From Hormiphora californensis (Eukaryota > Animalia > Ctenophora), in NCBI GenBank assembly GCA_020137815.1, contig CM035357.1, positions 2,542,001-2,606,000 on the forward strand: a DNA stretch of 64,000 nucleotides. Direction: 5' to 3'. Below, one piece after another: positions 1 through 29,301 of this stretch. Both the position numbers and the translations under genes were made by a program. Each line of letters opens with the position of its first letter. Within the stretch, counting starts at the first letter, position 1. The notes under the pieces are model-generated. The model was not told where the DNA came from and searched no databases. It was given only the letters and a program-made list of their open reading frames with translations.

Positions 1-235
1 GTGAGAACTGAAGTTAGAGGCACCACATACGGCGGTGCGAATTTCAGTACAGTGCTGTGTGTGGTCTCCCTAAGGAATACTGGTGTATTTAGCACGGCAC
101 CTACCTATATTATAAAACAATGGTATTTAGCATTTTAGCAAGGTCTCCCACTTGTATTATAAAACACTGGTATTTAGCAAGGTAGCTCCCACCTATATTA
201 TAAAACACTGGTATTTAGCAAGGTAGCTCCCGTAC

Positions 236-3200
236 CTGTGTTTTAGTGCCACTCCAAGTTGAGGTAGTCAGCTCCAATGTAGGATCTCCCTTGGTAATGT
301 TCTGGTAAAGGAACGCCTCCCCATCACCATACAGACTGTTAGGTGTGGAGACAACCACCTTATCTGAGGAGGGGGAGGATCTAACGAATTTATAAGATAG
401 GAATTTTAGAGGCTGATGAGTGCACTACACAAACGGTACGTCTGCGTACCGTGTTCGAACATCGTTTCTCCACTACAAGCGGCCTTATAATTGACCGTAC
501 CACAGAACAACCGCCCCTAGCTACCATAGTTACCGGTATTTGAAGCAATACTGAAACCAGCGAGACAGTACCCAAAAGCGTAGTTAGTACCTGTGCTGTG
601 ACAGGGAGACAGGTACTTTACATGAGTCGAGAGGTCACGTGATATGACGCTACATCTCCCTATTGGTAACCTGTATGCCTGGAATGTACAGTGCATTGAG
701 TCACTTATCAAGGAACACAGTGTGAAAGTAACAAGAAGATTTGAGGGGACTCGGAGTAATTTAGGTGGTATTTCAGTATGCTGGTTTTACTAAACACTGT
801 TACTATAATCAGCAACGTGTCGGGAGGGATTGGTGAGGGAGGGAAACTTACAAACTGTTTTGCTTTATAATGATCAGTGTATAGATATCCACATGCCACA
901 ACTGAGTCAGGGGTGGAGGTGAGTGTCGCCCCTAGAAACTGGTTGTCTTTCGTCTCAGTTATGAAGGAGTAAACCTATAATGGTAGTTAAGGTGTGTCAC
1001 GTGATGCCCATATATGGAGGTGAGTGTCGCCCCTAGAAACTGGTTGTCTTTCGTCTCAGTTATGAAGGAGTAAACCTATAATGGTAGTTAAGGGGTGTCA
1101 CGTGATGCCCATATGCATATGTATTGGGTGATAGCTGAACCAAGTGGACGTGGTTATAAAGTTTTTGTTCCAAAATCTAAAGAGATATCGAATCACGCTT
1201 TATCTTTTTTGAGGGGTGGAAATTGGGAAAGATCAGGTAGTCGAACACCCAGCGATACCCCTCGATCTTATCTAAAACATAGTTAGTTAGTTTTGAAGTT
1301 AAGAGGTTTCATGACGCTCCATCCTTCCCCGGTTCTGACAGCTAAAAGTAAAAGTAATTCTACTTTTAGTAGTCAGGGCTTCTTAAATGAAACCTCTTAA
1401 CTTCGAAACTCTAATAACCAATGGTGTTTTACTAAAAGTTTTAGTAAAACACCATTGGTTATTAGACGATGCAAGCAGCTGCAGAGATTATCTCTTTACT
1501 GTTGAAGAAGCTGTCAGTGTCAGCTGCGTCGCACTGACCACTCACATGCGGATCGAGAACAGGGGGGCTTTATAACCAACTAACCATGCTGTGGTTACCT
1601 GCTGCACTATCAGGCTAATGCTCTGGCAGTACCTGCTGCACACTGCACAGGAACAAAATATTCAGTTGTTGAAAGATCTCTCAATCAATATACCTTATCT
1701 CCACTGTCGAAGGAGTAAACATTGTTATCTGACTTATCAAACATCTCAACCCATTCACTACACTCTACCTCCTTCTTCACCTCGCTCAAGTCCAATGAAC
1801 ACCTGAAGTAGTTAGCAGGATTTAGGGTGGAGTCAGGAGTGGGATGTAGAGAATTCATGTAATCTCTGAATGAGAATCGAGCAGACAGGTCTATGAAAGT
1901 TTTAAAAGTGACTTGATTCTCTCAAAAATGAATAAATCGAAGTTATACGAGGGTCGGGTACAAGCCAGACAAAGACTTCAAGTTCAATTAGTTAATTACC
2001 GATATACAGCACCAGGGTTGGTTAGATTCTGGGTTGTATTAGCACGAGGTGCCCCCACCAAGAGTGAACCATTGAGGAAGAGGAGAGAGTAGCCAAACAG
2101 TGAGCCAGACTGGAAACCTGCAACATGAGGGAGTTGTTGAGTAAGGGGTGGAACCTGCAACATGGGGAGTTGTTGATTAAGGGGTGGAACCTGCAACAGG
2201 GAGTTGTTGAGTAAGGGGTGGAACCTGCAACAGGGAGTTGTTGAGTAAGGGGTGGAACCTGCAACATGGGGAGTTGTTGAGTAAGGGGTGGAACCTGGAA
2301 CAGGGAGTTGTTGAGACTTGAGTAAGGGGTGGAACCTGCAACATGGGGAGTTGTTGAGTAAGGGGTGGAACCTGCAACAGGGAGTTGTTGAGTAAGGGGT
2401 GGAACCTGCAACAGGGAGTTGTTGAGTAAGGGGTGGAACCTGCAACAGGGAGTTGTTGAGTAAGGGGTGGAATCTGCAACAGGGAGTTGTTGAATAAGTG
2501 GTGGAACCTGCAACAGGGAGTTGTTGAGTAAGGGGTGGAACCTGCAACATGGGGAGTTGTTGAGTAAGGGGTGGAACTGTCAGGCCAATGCTCTGACCAT
2601 AGGGTCAGGCCAATGCTCTCAGCTCTGACAGGGGTTGTAGAGTAACTCAACAACGAGGGAGAGGGGCTATATATATAGTATCTCTACCTAGTGCATGGGA
2701 CCTGATCCGACCCCACCGAATTGCACCGTATATGGACAATTAAAGATACCCTCTCTTTCTTTCTCAGATACATGGCACGAACCGTTAAACTTTTCTTTAT
2801 TTGACAACATACTAAGCGACTAAAAGGCTGTCATGAACCGCCTTCCCACGATTTTATCTCAATTCTAAAGAAATCAAATCGTTAGAATGCGGTTCATGAT
2901 CATGGACATGACAGCCTTTTAGTCGCGTAGTAAGTTTGTTGTCAAATAAAGAAAAATTTAAAGAGATAAGAAGAGTCTTCTAATCTGACAAAAGTTGCTC
3001 AAATGATAGTTGACAGCTAACTATGGTGGTATAAATCGGCCAAATGAAAAAATAAGGAATAACAGAAATAAAAACAAAATTTTGTTTAATTTAAGAAATA
3101 AAAATACTAAAAAGTATAAAAGTAAAAGTAAAGTAAAAAACTAAAAAGTAAAAAGTTAGAAAAAATAAAAATAAAAATAAAAACAAAAATAAAAACAAAC

Positions 3201-3519
3201 AAAAATAAAAATAAAACAAAAAATAAAATCAAAAATAGAAAAAACTTTTTTTAGAAAAACTTTTTTTGAGTTGAACTTTTTTCTTCCTGAGTTGAACTTT
3301 TTTATTTGGGTCCCGGTCGTGGTATAAATCGGCCAAACGGCCAAAATTAGGAGGACCGTTCTGTAACATTTTGATCTCCGAAGTTAAACAACCGCTGGTC
3401 GGGTTAGTACATTGGATGGGTGACCAAACAACATATCTCTCTATCTCTCTCTCACACTCTCACTCTCTCTCTCTCTCTTTCTCTCACTCTCACTCTCTCT
3501 CACACACACACTCTCACTC

Positions 3520-3586
<67 letters not shown>

Positions 3587-3603
3587 CTCTCTCTCTCTCT
3601 CTC

Positions 3604-3644
<41 letters not shown>

Positions 3645-4628
3645 CTCTCTCTCTCAAGCCAATCATTGGCTGCCCATGAGAGACGAGAGATAGAGAGAGA
3701 GAAGAGGAGAGAGCGAGAGAGAGATAGAGAGAGAGCGAAGACGAGAGAGAGAGAGCGAGAGAGAAGAGACGAGAGAGAGAGAGAGAGATGTGAAGAGAGA
3801 GAGAAGAAGAGAGAGAGATGTTGTTTGGTCACCCATCCAAGTACTAACCCGACTAGCGGTTGTTTAACTTCGGAGATCAAAATGTTACAGGGTAGCCATT
3901 TAAACAAGGAATTTATTACACAAAACAGTTGAAATATGCGGGGTAGCCATTTATACCACCATAGTCCTCCTAATTTTGGCCGTTTGGCCGATTTATACCA
4001 CGACCGGGACCCAAATAAAAAAGTTCAACTCAGAAGAAAAAAGTTCAACTCAAAAAAAAAGTTTTTCTAAAAAAGTTTTTTTCTATTTTTTATTTATGAT
4101 TTTATTTTTTGTTTTATTTTTATTTTTTTGTTTTTATTTTTGTTTTTATTTTTGTTTTTTCTAACTTTTTACTTTTTAGTTTTTTACTTAACTTTTATTT
4201 TTACTTTTTAATATTTTTATTTCTTAAATTAAACTAAATTTTGTTTTTATTTCTGTTATTCCGTATATTTTCATTTGGCCGATTTATACCACCATAGCTA
4301 ACAACAGCCACCTCGTACATTGTTGAGTAAGGGGGAAGGGTACAACTCGTACACAGCCCACTGTTCTACTTCCAGACAGTGCATACAAGGGCAATATTAG
4401 CCCATTTGGTGGCAGTACGCTCAGACCGGTCCCACCAGATAGATTTTATCCTCAAATTGGGCGAGCGACAAGGCGCTCAGATGGGCTCTGCGGCGCCAGA
4501 TAGAGGTGATCACCTTTAATGATGAGAGGTGACTGGGTGTCCAGATTACTGGCAGACACCTCCCTGCTCCACAACCAGGACGCCTGCAGAAGGAACACCA
4601 AGCACCACCCACTACACAACAACTTCAT
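236..4628 (-). CDS. ITGA: Integrin alpha subunit, 5' part (signal peptide and first beta-propeller/FG-GAP repeats); gene continues past the left edge
   Basis: GT-AG exons ~4514-4628 (MKLLCSGWCLVFLLQASWLWSREVSA-SNLDTQSPLIIK), 2000-2117 (GFQSGSLFGYSL..LLVGAPRAN..PGAVYR), 1694-1802 (CSLDL..), ~852-974 (..KDNQFLGATLTS..VVACGY), ~534-678 (..PIGRC..FGYCLAGFS), 236-363. They join in frame and give the classic integrin-alpha motifs xNLD, FGYS, LVGAP, GAVYRC and GYC.AGFS. Confidence 0.92.
915..1112. repeat. ~100-bp tandem duplication covering a splice acceptor and the first ~60 nt of an integrin exon
   Basis: tggaggtgagtgtcgcccctagaaac...gtgtcacgtgatgcccatat occurs at ~915-1014 and ~1015-1113. Confidence 0.9.
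1287..1463. mobile_element. Small MITE-like inverted repeat with an adjacent perfect hairpin
   Basis: gttttgaagttaagaggtttcat ... atgaaacctcttaacttcgaaac, followed by taataaccaatggtgttttactaaaa/ttttagtaaaacaccattggttatta. Confidence 0.65.
2114..2577. repeat. ~37-41-bp minisatellite whose unit contains the integrin exon acceptor
   Basis: About 12 copies of gagttgttgagtaaggggtggaacctgcaaca. The minus strand reads ...ccccttactcaacaactccc(catg)ttgcag|gtt. Confidence 0.92.
2785..2960. mobile_element. MITE-like inverted-repeat element
   Basis: ttaaacttttctttatttgacaac..cgactaaaaggctgtcatg is mirrored by catgacagccttttagtcg..gttgtcaaataaagaaaaatttaa. Confidence 0.7.
3021..4297. mobile_element. Non-autonomous foldback element with ~335-bp AT-rich arms
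   Basis: Termini CTATGGTGGTATAAATCGGCC...GGCCGATTTATACCACCATAG. Flanking duplication is ctaa (4 bp) or gctaac (6 bp), depending on the register chosen. Confidence 0.9.
3361..3890. mobile_element. Nested palindromic element with 5S rRNA-derived arms and a (CT)n/(GA)n core
   Basis: CTGTAACATTTT-GATCTCCGAAGTTAAACAACCGCTGGTCGGGTTAGTAC(A)TTGGATGGGTGACC at ~3361-3425 and its reverse complement at ~3828-3890. This matches the 5S internal control region (box A-IE-box C). Confidence 0.85.
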
Positions 4629-4868
4629 GGAATTGCTAATTAATAATTAGCGGGTCAAGGGCTCTAATTAATTAGTGGGTCAAGTAAGATACACTGCACC
4701 AAGTTTGTATACACGTGAGTACACACTATATGTTAAGGAGACTTTTCTTGCACCCTGTTGCAGACTATAGTACCCAATAGAGATTTTCAGTAAAGCCCCT
4801 TGTATTTTGTCACAGCATTGGCCTGACCCTATTCTCAGTTCTGCACGCGGAGCGCGCGAGAACTGTTA

Positions 4869-5709
4869 GTAGAGGCAATAATTACACTCACCTCCTCTGA
4901 TTTCTATGAAACTTCTCCCATGCTAAGAGGTGGCAATAGAGGTTCAAATACCGCAGAGTTTAAGTCTGAACAATGTTCGGTTCGTTAATTATCGCTAATT
5001 GAAAAACGCCAAAATGGCCTAAAATCGCCCTAAGTTCCGAATTGAAATTTTGGAGTTGAGACTCCAGACTTCGTGGAGATGTCCGCTAGGATGACAATAT
5101 GCACCAAAATCGGACGGAAGCCTAAATTCGTCCGAATTCGGTACGAAAAGCCGGGTAGACTGAATATTGGTCACGTGACATGGGTCCAAAATCAGTTTTT
5201 TGCCATTTACGCCTTTCCTGTACGTCGGAGACAAAAAATATGGCCAATACTTGTCATTTCCATCGCTTTCTGCATCTTTTAAGCCCCCTATAAATATCCC
5301 TTACTTCGACGGTTCAGAAGTGACGTCATTTAGTCTGCTGAAAAACTCTCCGACGTACAGGAAAAGCGTAAATGGCAAAAAACTGATTTTGGACCCATGT
5401 CACGTGACCAAAATTCAGTCTACCCGGCCTTTCGTACCGAATTCGGAAGAATTTAGGCTTCCGTCCGATTTTGGTGCATATTGTCATCCTAGCGGACATC
5501 TCCACGAAGTCTGAAGTCTCAACTCCAAAATTTCAATTCGGAACTTAGGGCGATTTTAGGCCATTTTGGCGTTTTTCAATTAGCGATAATTAACGAACCG
5601 AACATTGTTCAGACTTAAACTCTGCGGTATTTGAACCTCTATTGCCACCTCTTAGCATGGGAGAAGTTTCATAGAAATCAGAGGAGGTGAGTGTAATTAT
5701 TGCCTCTAC
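4869..5709. mobile_element. Foldback element with near-perfect ~360-bp arms and TA TSD (Tc1/mariner-type target)
   Basis: TA|GTAGAGGCAATAATTAC...GTAATTATTGCCTCTAC|TA. It sits inside a short repeat (gtcagagcattggcctgac family) that is intact at ~11088-11154. Confidence 0.92.
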
Positions 5710-7580
5710 TATGTGGTCAGAGCAATGCTCTGAGTCGAGCATTGGCCTGACAGCTTGTATTGCTCCAGCTCTGCTCTTTGTGTACTACCAATCTCCAGAG
5801 TTGCTGTATTCAACAAGTTAACAAATCCAGAGCATAATTCTCAGAGCTCAGTCTCTCTCAGAGCTTCCCGGTGGTATTTAAATTCGTCTCCCTTTCACAA
5901 TTCAGATTCTCTGTCTATGCAGATTGCAGAGTCACTTCCCAGCTTTAATTTGTTATGAAGATTGAAAATGCGAAACGATTTGTCTCAGCCTACCCTTCAA
6001 ATAGTTTATTGGTTAACCTCGGCGGTATAATATAGAACTGAATCTCATATGATTCTTCTAGGAATCCGAACACAAACTACCTGTCAGTGTGATGCCCATG
6101 GCCACTCTCGGCACTCTGATCTCCACTCTGCTGATCTTTCTAATGTCCTGGTTAGCCTTAACGAGTACTAGGGGTGGGACTCCTGACAGCTTTACTCAAC
6201 TGGTTCTCAGAACCGTTCTGGTTTAGGTTAACCGTGTTGACTACTTAACGTTAATGCAGTGGGACTTCTGCAACGGTGACAGCTTGACTCGACGTCTCGA
6301 CAAGGTGCTGGTTGACTACTACCAACTTAAATTTTAACGTCAATGCAATAAAGCAGTGCTTCTGGGAACTCAGACTCTACTCAGTAAATGGGTTTCTCGA
6401 ATTGTGAACACTTTGACCAACCCCAGAGAGATAGAGATTAGAGAGAAGCTGTCCAGCGGAGCCAGACCCCGATTTGACACTGTGCTCAGATCTGTCTGGC
6501 GCCGCGACCCAATCAAATCGGACTGGGAAGTGACGCTGGACACTAAACATGGTAGTAACATGTTTAGTGTCACTTCCCAGTTACTGTAGTTGTCAAGGGG
6601 TACCCAACGTCCCAACAACATGGTAGTGGGTGGTATAACGGACCTGTCAACTGGACAGAATATCTAGTAGCGAGGATGTTGGCCACTGGCCAGAAGTTGC
6701 AAGATATCGCAGAGGAAATGGGCATGCACTAGTCTAGACATAGTAAGAATCTGATATTGCATCGCAAAAGCAGTTCAGAGTAAAATGGTTCTTAAGAACA
6801 CTAAAAAATGTCAAAACTTAACATTTACCTTTTACATGTTGGGCAGATTGATATAATTTGGTCTTGTTTATTTTGTATCGACCTTGTGAAAACTGTGATC
6901 CGGATGGACCATTCTTGAGCTTGAAGATGAATGGATCATGAGACGCTACATTCTATGGGGTGTTACAGATTTATTAAACTTGAATAAGCTAATTAAAACA
7001 CTTCAATTTTATAAAAGAATATCCCTTACAACAGTGCTGACAACAAATTTGCTCCAGTTTCAAAAATATCAAATGGCGCCCTTACTTCTTTTTTATTCAC
7101 AATTGATGGCCAAGACCATGTGCTAGAGCTCATTGCTTATATAGATATGACCGTTAGCACAATTTTTTATTCTAAAACTGAAACAGAATAAATTGTTTAT
7201 TGGGCAAAGGAAAAAAAAAAAACTAAACATGTTGATGTATACAGTATACTTGTTTATTAGTAATTGCTCACAATTTTGTCCACTATCATACACTTGGTTA
7301 CGAAGTCACCCATTTAGGCGGGGGGTAATTTCATTACCAAATAATACACGATGTGTAAAAACTAAAAGAGTCACTACAAAAAGCTTGTTTTTATTAATTT
7401 CGTATATAATTCACATTGCACTATGTTGCTCCCTCGTCATTTCTCTCAGTATACAGGTCCTCAATTTACAATGACTACAATCAGAACTCCGATTTACCGG
7501 GAGGATAAACTTCCCCCGATATATGATTTGAATAGTATTTCACCCCGATATATACCGGGCAAAAAACCCTTCCCCCAAGC

Positions 7581-10500
7581 GGTAGTATGACATACTGCCT
7601 ACGGAACGTTTGAGGACACATTACGGACACATTGAGGACAGGTTGTGGACAGGTTGAGGACACATTGTGGACAGGTTGTGGACAGGTTGAGGACAGGTTG
7701 AGGACACATTGAGGACACATTGAGGACACATTGAGTAACGATTGCACATCAATCGTGGACACATTGAGGACACATTGAGGACAGGTTGAGGACACATTGT
7801 GGACACATTGAGGACAGTCTGAGGACACATTGTGGACACATTGAGGACAGTCTGAGGACACATTGAGGACACGTTGAGGACACATTGTGGACACGTTGAG
7901 GACACATTTGGGACAAATTTGGGGTATTAGATTTGGACGCTTCCATTTTTCTCGTGGACACATTAAGGACACATTGAGGACACATTGTGGACACGTTGAG
8001 GACACATTGAGGACAGTCTGAGGACACATTGTGGACACGTTGAGGACACATTGAGGACACATTGTGGACACGTTGAGGACAGTCTGAGGACACATTGTGG
8101 ACACATTAGGGACAGTCTGAGGACACGTTGAGGACACATTTGCATCAATTCACAGGAGACTTTGCACCTGTGGTTCAACTACTGCTTGTTCCGCTTCCAT
8201 ATGGAGCTCTCGGACAGGGTCCAGAAAGGCGACCTCCCTTTCTCGCTCACAGAAAGTGAGGGAGAGAGACAGAGACAGAACGAGATATATAGGGGTCAGG
8301 GGAATAGGGAGGGAAAGGTAGGGGAACCGGCCTTCCCGAATCGTGTCTCATATCGTCTAACACTCCTAATCTAATATCGTATCGTCTCACACTGCTAATA
8401 AGGTTCCCCGAATCACATTTTATATCCCGTGTTGTCTGACAGTGCTAATAGGGCGTCCCAGAATCATGTCACATATCCACCCCCTCATCATAATTTGTTG
8501 GTGCTTTTGTTAGTGGTGACTTGAGACGGCGCCGGGTGCACTGCACGGTATAGTCTCAGGTCACCACGATAAGTGGTTATGACTGAAACGATAAACTGTG
8601 TGTCAGATCACCTCAACAGTCAACCGATTATCACGGCAACAATTGCAACATGTACTGGTTACAGGAGATCTTTGCAACCGATTATCACGGTCCGACCTTA
8701 CACCAATTGTACTGGTTATAGGAGAACTGTGCAACCGATTATTTGCCTAGCTAGACTGTGTTTCGGGCGCCCGCCCCCGAAACACAAATGTAAAGGGAGG
8801 GTTAGAAGATAACAACCGATTATTACAATTCGACAGACCTTTTGTAACCATCTCACGTGCCTACACCATGAGATATGCCTGTAGGAGATCTCTCACTCGG
8901 AGGATGGAGAGATATTCTATTCAGTGAAAAACTGGAGAAAGAATGAAACAGAGAGAAATAGAGAGAGGGTAGAGAAAGACAAACCAAGTATTGTACATAA
9001 TGACCATAAAATGAAATATATACTCCATCTCTCAGCTACCCTACCTCCCATTTACTCCATCTCTCAGCTACCCTACCTCCCATAAATACTCCATCTCTCA
9101 GCTTCCCTACCTCCCATTTACTCCATCTCTCAGCTTCCCTACCTCCCATTTACTCCATCTCTCAGCTTCCCTACCTCCCATTTACTCCATCTCTCAGCTA
9201 CCCTACCCCTCATCTACTCCATCTCTCAGCTTCCCTACCTCCCATTTACTCCATCTCTCAGCTTCCCTACCTCCCATTTACTCCATCTCTCAGCTTCCCT
9301 ACCTCCCATTTACTCCATCTCTCAGCTACCCTACCCCTCATCTACTCCATCTCTCAGCTTCCCTACCTCCCATTTACTCCATCTCTCAGCTACCCTACCT
9401 CCCATTTACTCCATCTCTCAGGGGTAGTAATGTTAGGATACATGAGAGATGGAGTAAATGGGAGGTAGGGTAGCTGAGAGATGGAGTAAATGGGAGGTAG
9501 GGAAGCTGAGAGATGGAGTAGATGAGGGGTAGGGTAGCTGAGAGATGGAGTAAATGGGAGGTAGGGAAGCTGAGAGATGGAGTAAATGGGAGGTAGGGAA
9601 GCTGAGAGATGGAGTAAATGGGAGGTAGGGAAGCTGAGAGATGGAGTAAATGGGAGGTAGGGTAGCTGAGAGATGGAGTAAATGGGAGGTAGGGTAGCTG
9701 AGAGATGGAGTAAATATTTCATTTTATGGTCATTATGTACAATACTTGGTTTGTCTTTCTCTACCCTCTCTCTATTTCTCTCTGTTTCATTCTTTCTCCA
9801 GTTTTTCACTGAATAGAATATCTCTCCATCCTCCGAGTGAGAGATCTCCTACAGGCAGATCTCATGGTGTAGGCACGTGAGATGGTTACAAAAGGTCTGT
9901 CGAATTGTAATAATCGGTTGTTATCTTCTAACCCTCCCTTTACATTTGTGTTTCGGGGGCGGGCGCCCGAAACACAGTCTAGCTAGGCAAATAATCGGTT
10001 GCACAGTTCTCCTATAACCAGTACAATTGGTGTAAGGTCGGACCGTGATAATCGGTTGCAAAGATCTCCTGTAACCAGTACATGGTGCAATTGTTGCCGT
10101 GATAATCGGTTGAGGTGATCTGACACACACTTATCGTTTCAGTCACGACCACTTATCGTGGTGACCTGAGACTATACCGTGCAGTGCATTCGGCGCCGTC
10201 TCAAGTCACCACTAACAAAAGCACCAACAAATTATGATGAGGGGGGGGGTGGATATGTGACATGATTCTGGGACGCCCTATTAGCACTGTCAGACAACAC
10301 GGGATATAAAATGTGATTCGGGGAACCTTATTAGCAGTGTGAGACGATACGATATTAGATCAGGAGTGTTAGACGATATGAGACACGGTTCGGGAAGGCC
10401 GGTTGCCCTACCTTTCCCTCCCTATTCCCCTGACCCCTATATATCTCGTTCTGTCTCTGTCTCTCTCCCTCACTTTCTGTGAGCGAGAAAGGGAGGTCGC

Positions 10501-10718
10501 CTTTCTGGACCCTGCCCGAGAGCTCCATAGGGAAGCGGAACAAGCAGCAGTTGAACCACAGGTGCAAAGTCTCCTGTGAATTGATGCAAATGTGTCCTCA
10601 ACGTGTCCTCAGACTGTCCTTAATGTGTCCACAATGTGTCCACAACCTGTCCTCAATGTGTCCTCAATGTGTCCGTAATGTGTCCTCAAACGTTCCGTAG
10701 GCAGTATGTCATACTACC
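7581..10718. mobile_element. 3.1-kb modular foldback element with 8(-9)-bp TSD, nested in a CAGTCGGACCCCG-family MITE
   Basis: TIR GGTAGTATGACATACTGCC; TSD ccccaagc. Mirrored modules: tgaggacacat satellite, unique segments, then a 32-bp tactccatctctcagcttccctacctcccatt satellite around a centre at ~9421-9445. Host MITE halves lie at ~7482-7580 and ~10719-10753. Confidence 0.93.
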
Positions 10719-11249
10719 CCCCAAGCATCCCAGTAAATCGGGGTCCGACTGTACAGTGTCCATTATACTGTTGCAAAATTAATAGATCTAGGTACCGTCT
10801 AAAAAAGTAGCTTACAAACCAATTACCTTCTAACGTGTATCGCACAATTTACTTATAGTAAAACAACAATGAATCAGTTATTACAACTTACTAACTCCGC
10901 GATACTTGTCAGTTGTCATGACAACAGTTGACAACAGCTGTCATGACAACTTGCCATGAGACGCACTGGCTGTCAGCTTTGGAGCCGACAGACCATGGTA
11001 ACATGGTAACCATGGTAACATGTCAACGTGTCTTGTCTAATTCATAAATCAACTTGCACAAACAGCCCCTCTAACTCTCTATCTCTCTGTCAGAGCATTG
11101 GCCTGACCCATACTCGTTTCGCGAGAACTGTAGTCAGAGCATTGGCCTGACAGCTATCTCTCGACTCTCATTCTCAATTATATATCATCAGTATCTCATC
11201 AGTATCTCTCTCTCTCATAGTCCCTTGTATCTAGATATCTATCAGATAT

Positions 11250-27674
<16,425 letters not shown>

Positions 27675-27880
27675 GTTGCAGGCCCAGCACCAACACTCTT
27701 GACACGGTCCTACTCAGCTCAGCTAGAAAATTTTAAATAAATCCGTGACGTGGTAATTAAATTGAAACATAAAATACAGAATCAGGGGGCAGGGCGTGAA
27801 CAGACTGCCGGAAGATTTTGATGTGTTCACCGCAATTCGCAAAACTCCGCAAGACTACAGTGACAAGTCACAACTTTATT

Positions 27881-28152
27881 AGGGATCCCTATTTACACAG
27901 AGTTTACACAGTCTTTACTCAGTCGTTACACCCAGAGCGGCGCGTGCTGCGCACAGTGGCTTTTTCCAAGAAAATATTGGATTGTGTGCTGCACAATTGA
28001 CAAAATTGAGCGCTGCGGCGAAAAAAGTTGCCGAAAACGCTGCAAATCGAGTGCGAAAGACGCAGTCGTTACACCCAGAGCGGCGCGGGCGCTCTGGGTG
28101 TAACGACTGAGTAAAGACTGTGTAAATACTGAACTTTTTTAGGGATCCCTAT
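27881..28152. mobile_element. GC-rich inverted-repeat element upstream of PKC
   Basis: agggatccctat at both ends; tttacacagtctttactcagtcgttacacccagagcg is mirrored by cgctctgggtgtaacgactgagtaaagactgtgtaaa. Confidence 0.65.
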
Positions 28153-28466
28153 TGGGCAAGGATGCATGTTGATACTTGATAGTTCATTGTTGGCTGTTGG
28201 GAGAAAAAGACCGCGGCCGGGCGCCGCCGGCGCTGAAAAATCATAAAATTTAAAAAGGAGCAACAAAAAGTCAAAATAACATAACACAACCCACTAGGGA
28301 CCTCAGGGGTGAAACGGTGCAGAGCAGCCACTAGACACGGTGAGGTGTGAATCAAGTCATCATATGGTCCCTGTGTGGGTTGTGCAGAAAAATAACTTAA
28401 TCAAACGCCTACACACTAAAAAACTAATAATTAATATAAAAATAGTCTCTCATCTCCAATGACATA

Positions 28467-28650
28467 TCAAAGGTTGAAGTCAAAATTGTCCAGTGTTGGT
28501 GTTCTTATGGGTACCCTGCAACCTCTCAAGCTCCTCAAAGTTGACCTAAGGATGGAGAATCTCAACTTTTGCTTTATTGTAGCCATTACCTCTGGATATC
28601 TTTCTCCGTGTTTTTCCTCAATCCGAGAGGCAGCTTTCTTGAAAGTCAAA
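28467..28650 (-). pseudogene. C-terminal fragment of an RLE-type (CRE-like) non-LTR retrotransposon ORF
   Basis: ..ASRIEEKHGERYPEVMATIKQKLRFSILRSTLRSLRGCR resembles the C-terminal motif of such elements (recalled similarity, not searched). Confidence 0.55.
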
Positions 28651-29301
28651 ATAAAACACGAAAAGTTTTTGAAAATTTTTATGGTGGGCGGAGCGGCCAT
28701 ATGACAAAACAATTGGAACACGCGGATAAAATCAAATTTTTGACGCTTTCAGCGCCGCGCGTTGCGACAAATTGGTTGCACTGCAAAAAAGTTCGGACGA
28801 CTTTTTCGGAAAACGTTGAAAGTTGAAAAGTTGAAAAGCACTGCCTTATCCCGCGCTGCTATCAGAGTTCAGTAGCGTTTGCCAAGTTGAAAAGTGTTTT
28901 CAGAGTGTCAGCACTCACGATTTTTAGGGTTAGGGCTACAGTAGGCTTAGAGTCGGCCGTCGGGGCTGGTGCTGGGACCGGGGTTTCGGTTTTTAGGCCA
29001 AAAAGTCATAGTTTTTGTCTAATCAAGAAAAGTACTGGGGCCATTTCCTGAAAAGTACAGGGGCCATGGCGTACCCTGCCCCCCCCCTTCCCCTACATGC
29101 GTGGTCGAGTTAAGTGGTCTGGTGGTTAGAGCCACATTTGAGGACTGAGGTTGTCAACGGTCAACCTCGCCTTTTTGGTTAGAAATCCTAAAATTTGTGC
29201 TAAAAAATCGAGCAAATTTTTCAGCCCCTGGTCCGATGTCGCCGATGTGGAATCACTTTTTGGGCATAATTCTATAGTATTTAACTAGGCAATATTGCAG
29301 G

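Noticed and set aside
3373-3425. Functional 5S rRNA gene
   Set aside because: Only the internal ~53 nt is present; the 5' and 3' stems and the terminator are missing.
6079-7130. Possible exons upstream of the integrin (donor-like site at ~6080, short open frames at 6620-6990)
   Set aside because: No recognisable protein motif. May be a 5' UTR exon or decayed sequence.
7481-8178. Cys-rich repetitive ORFs (MCPQCVLNVSS)n
   Set aside because: Translations of an 11-12-bp satellite in a foldback arm, open in several frames.
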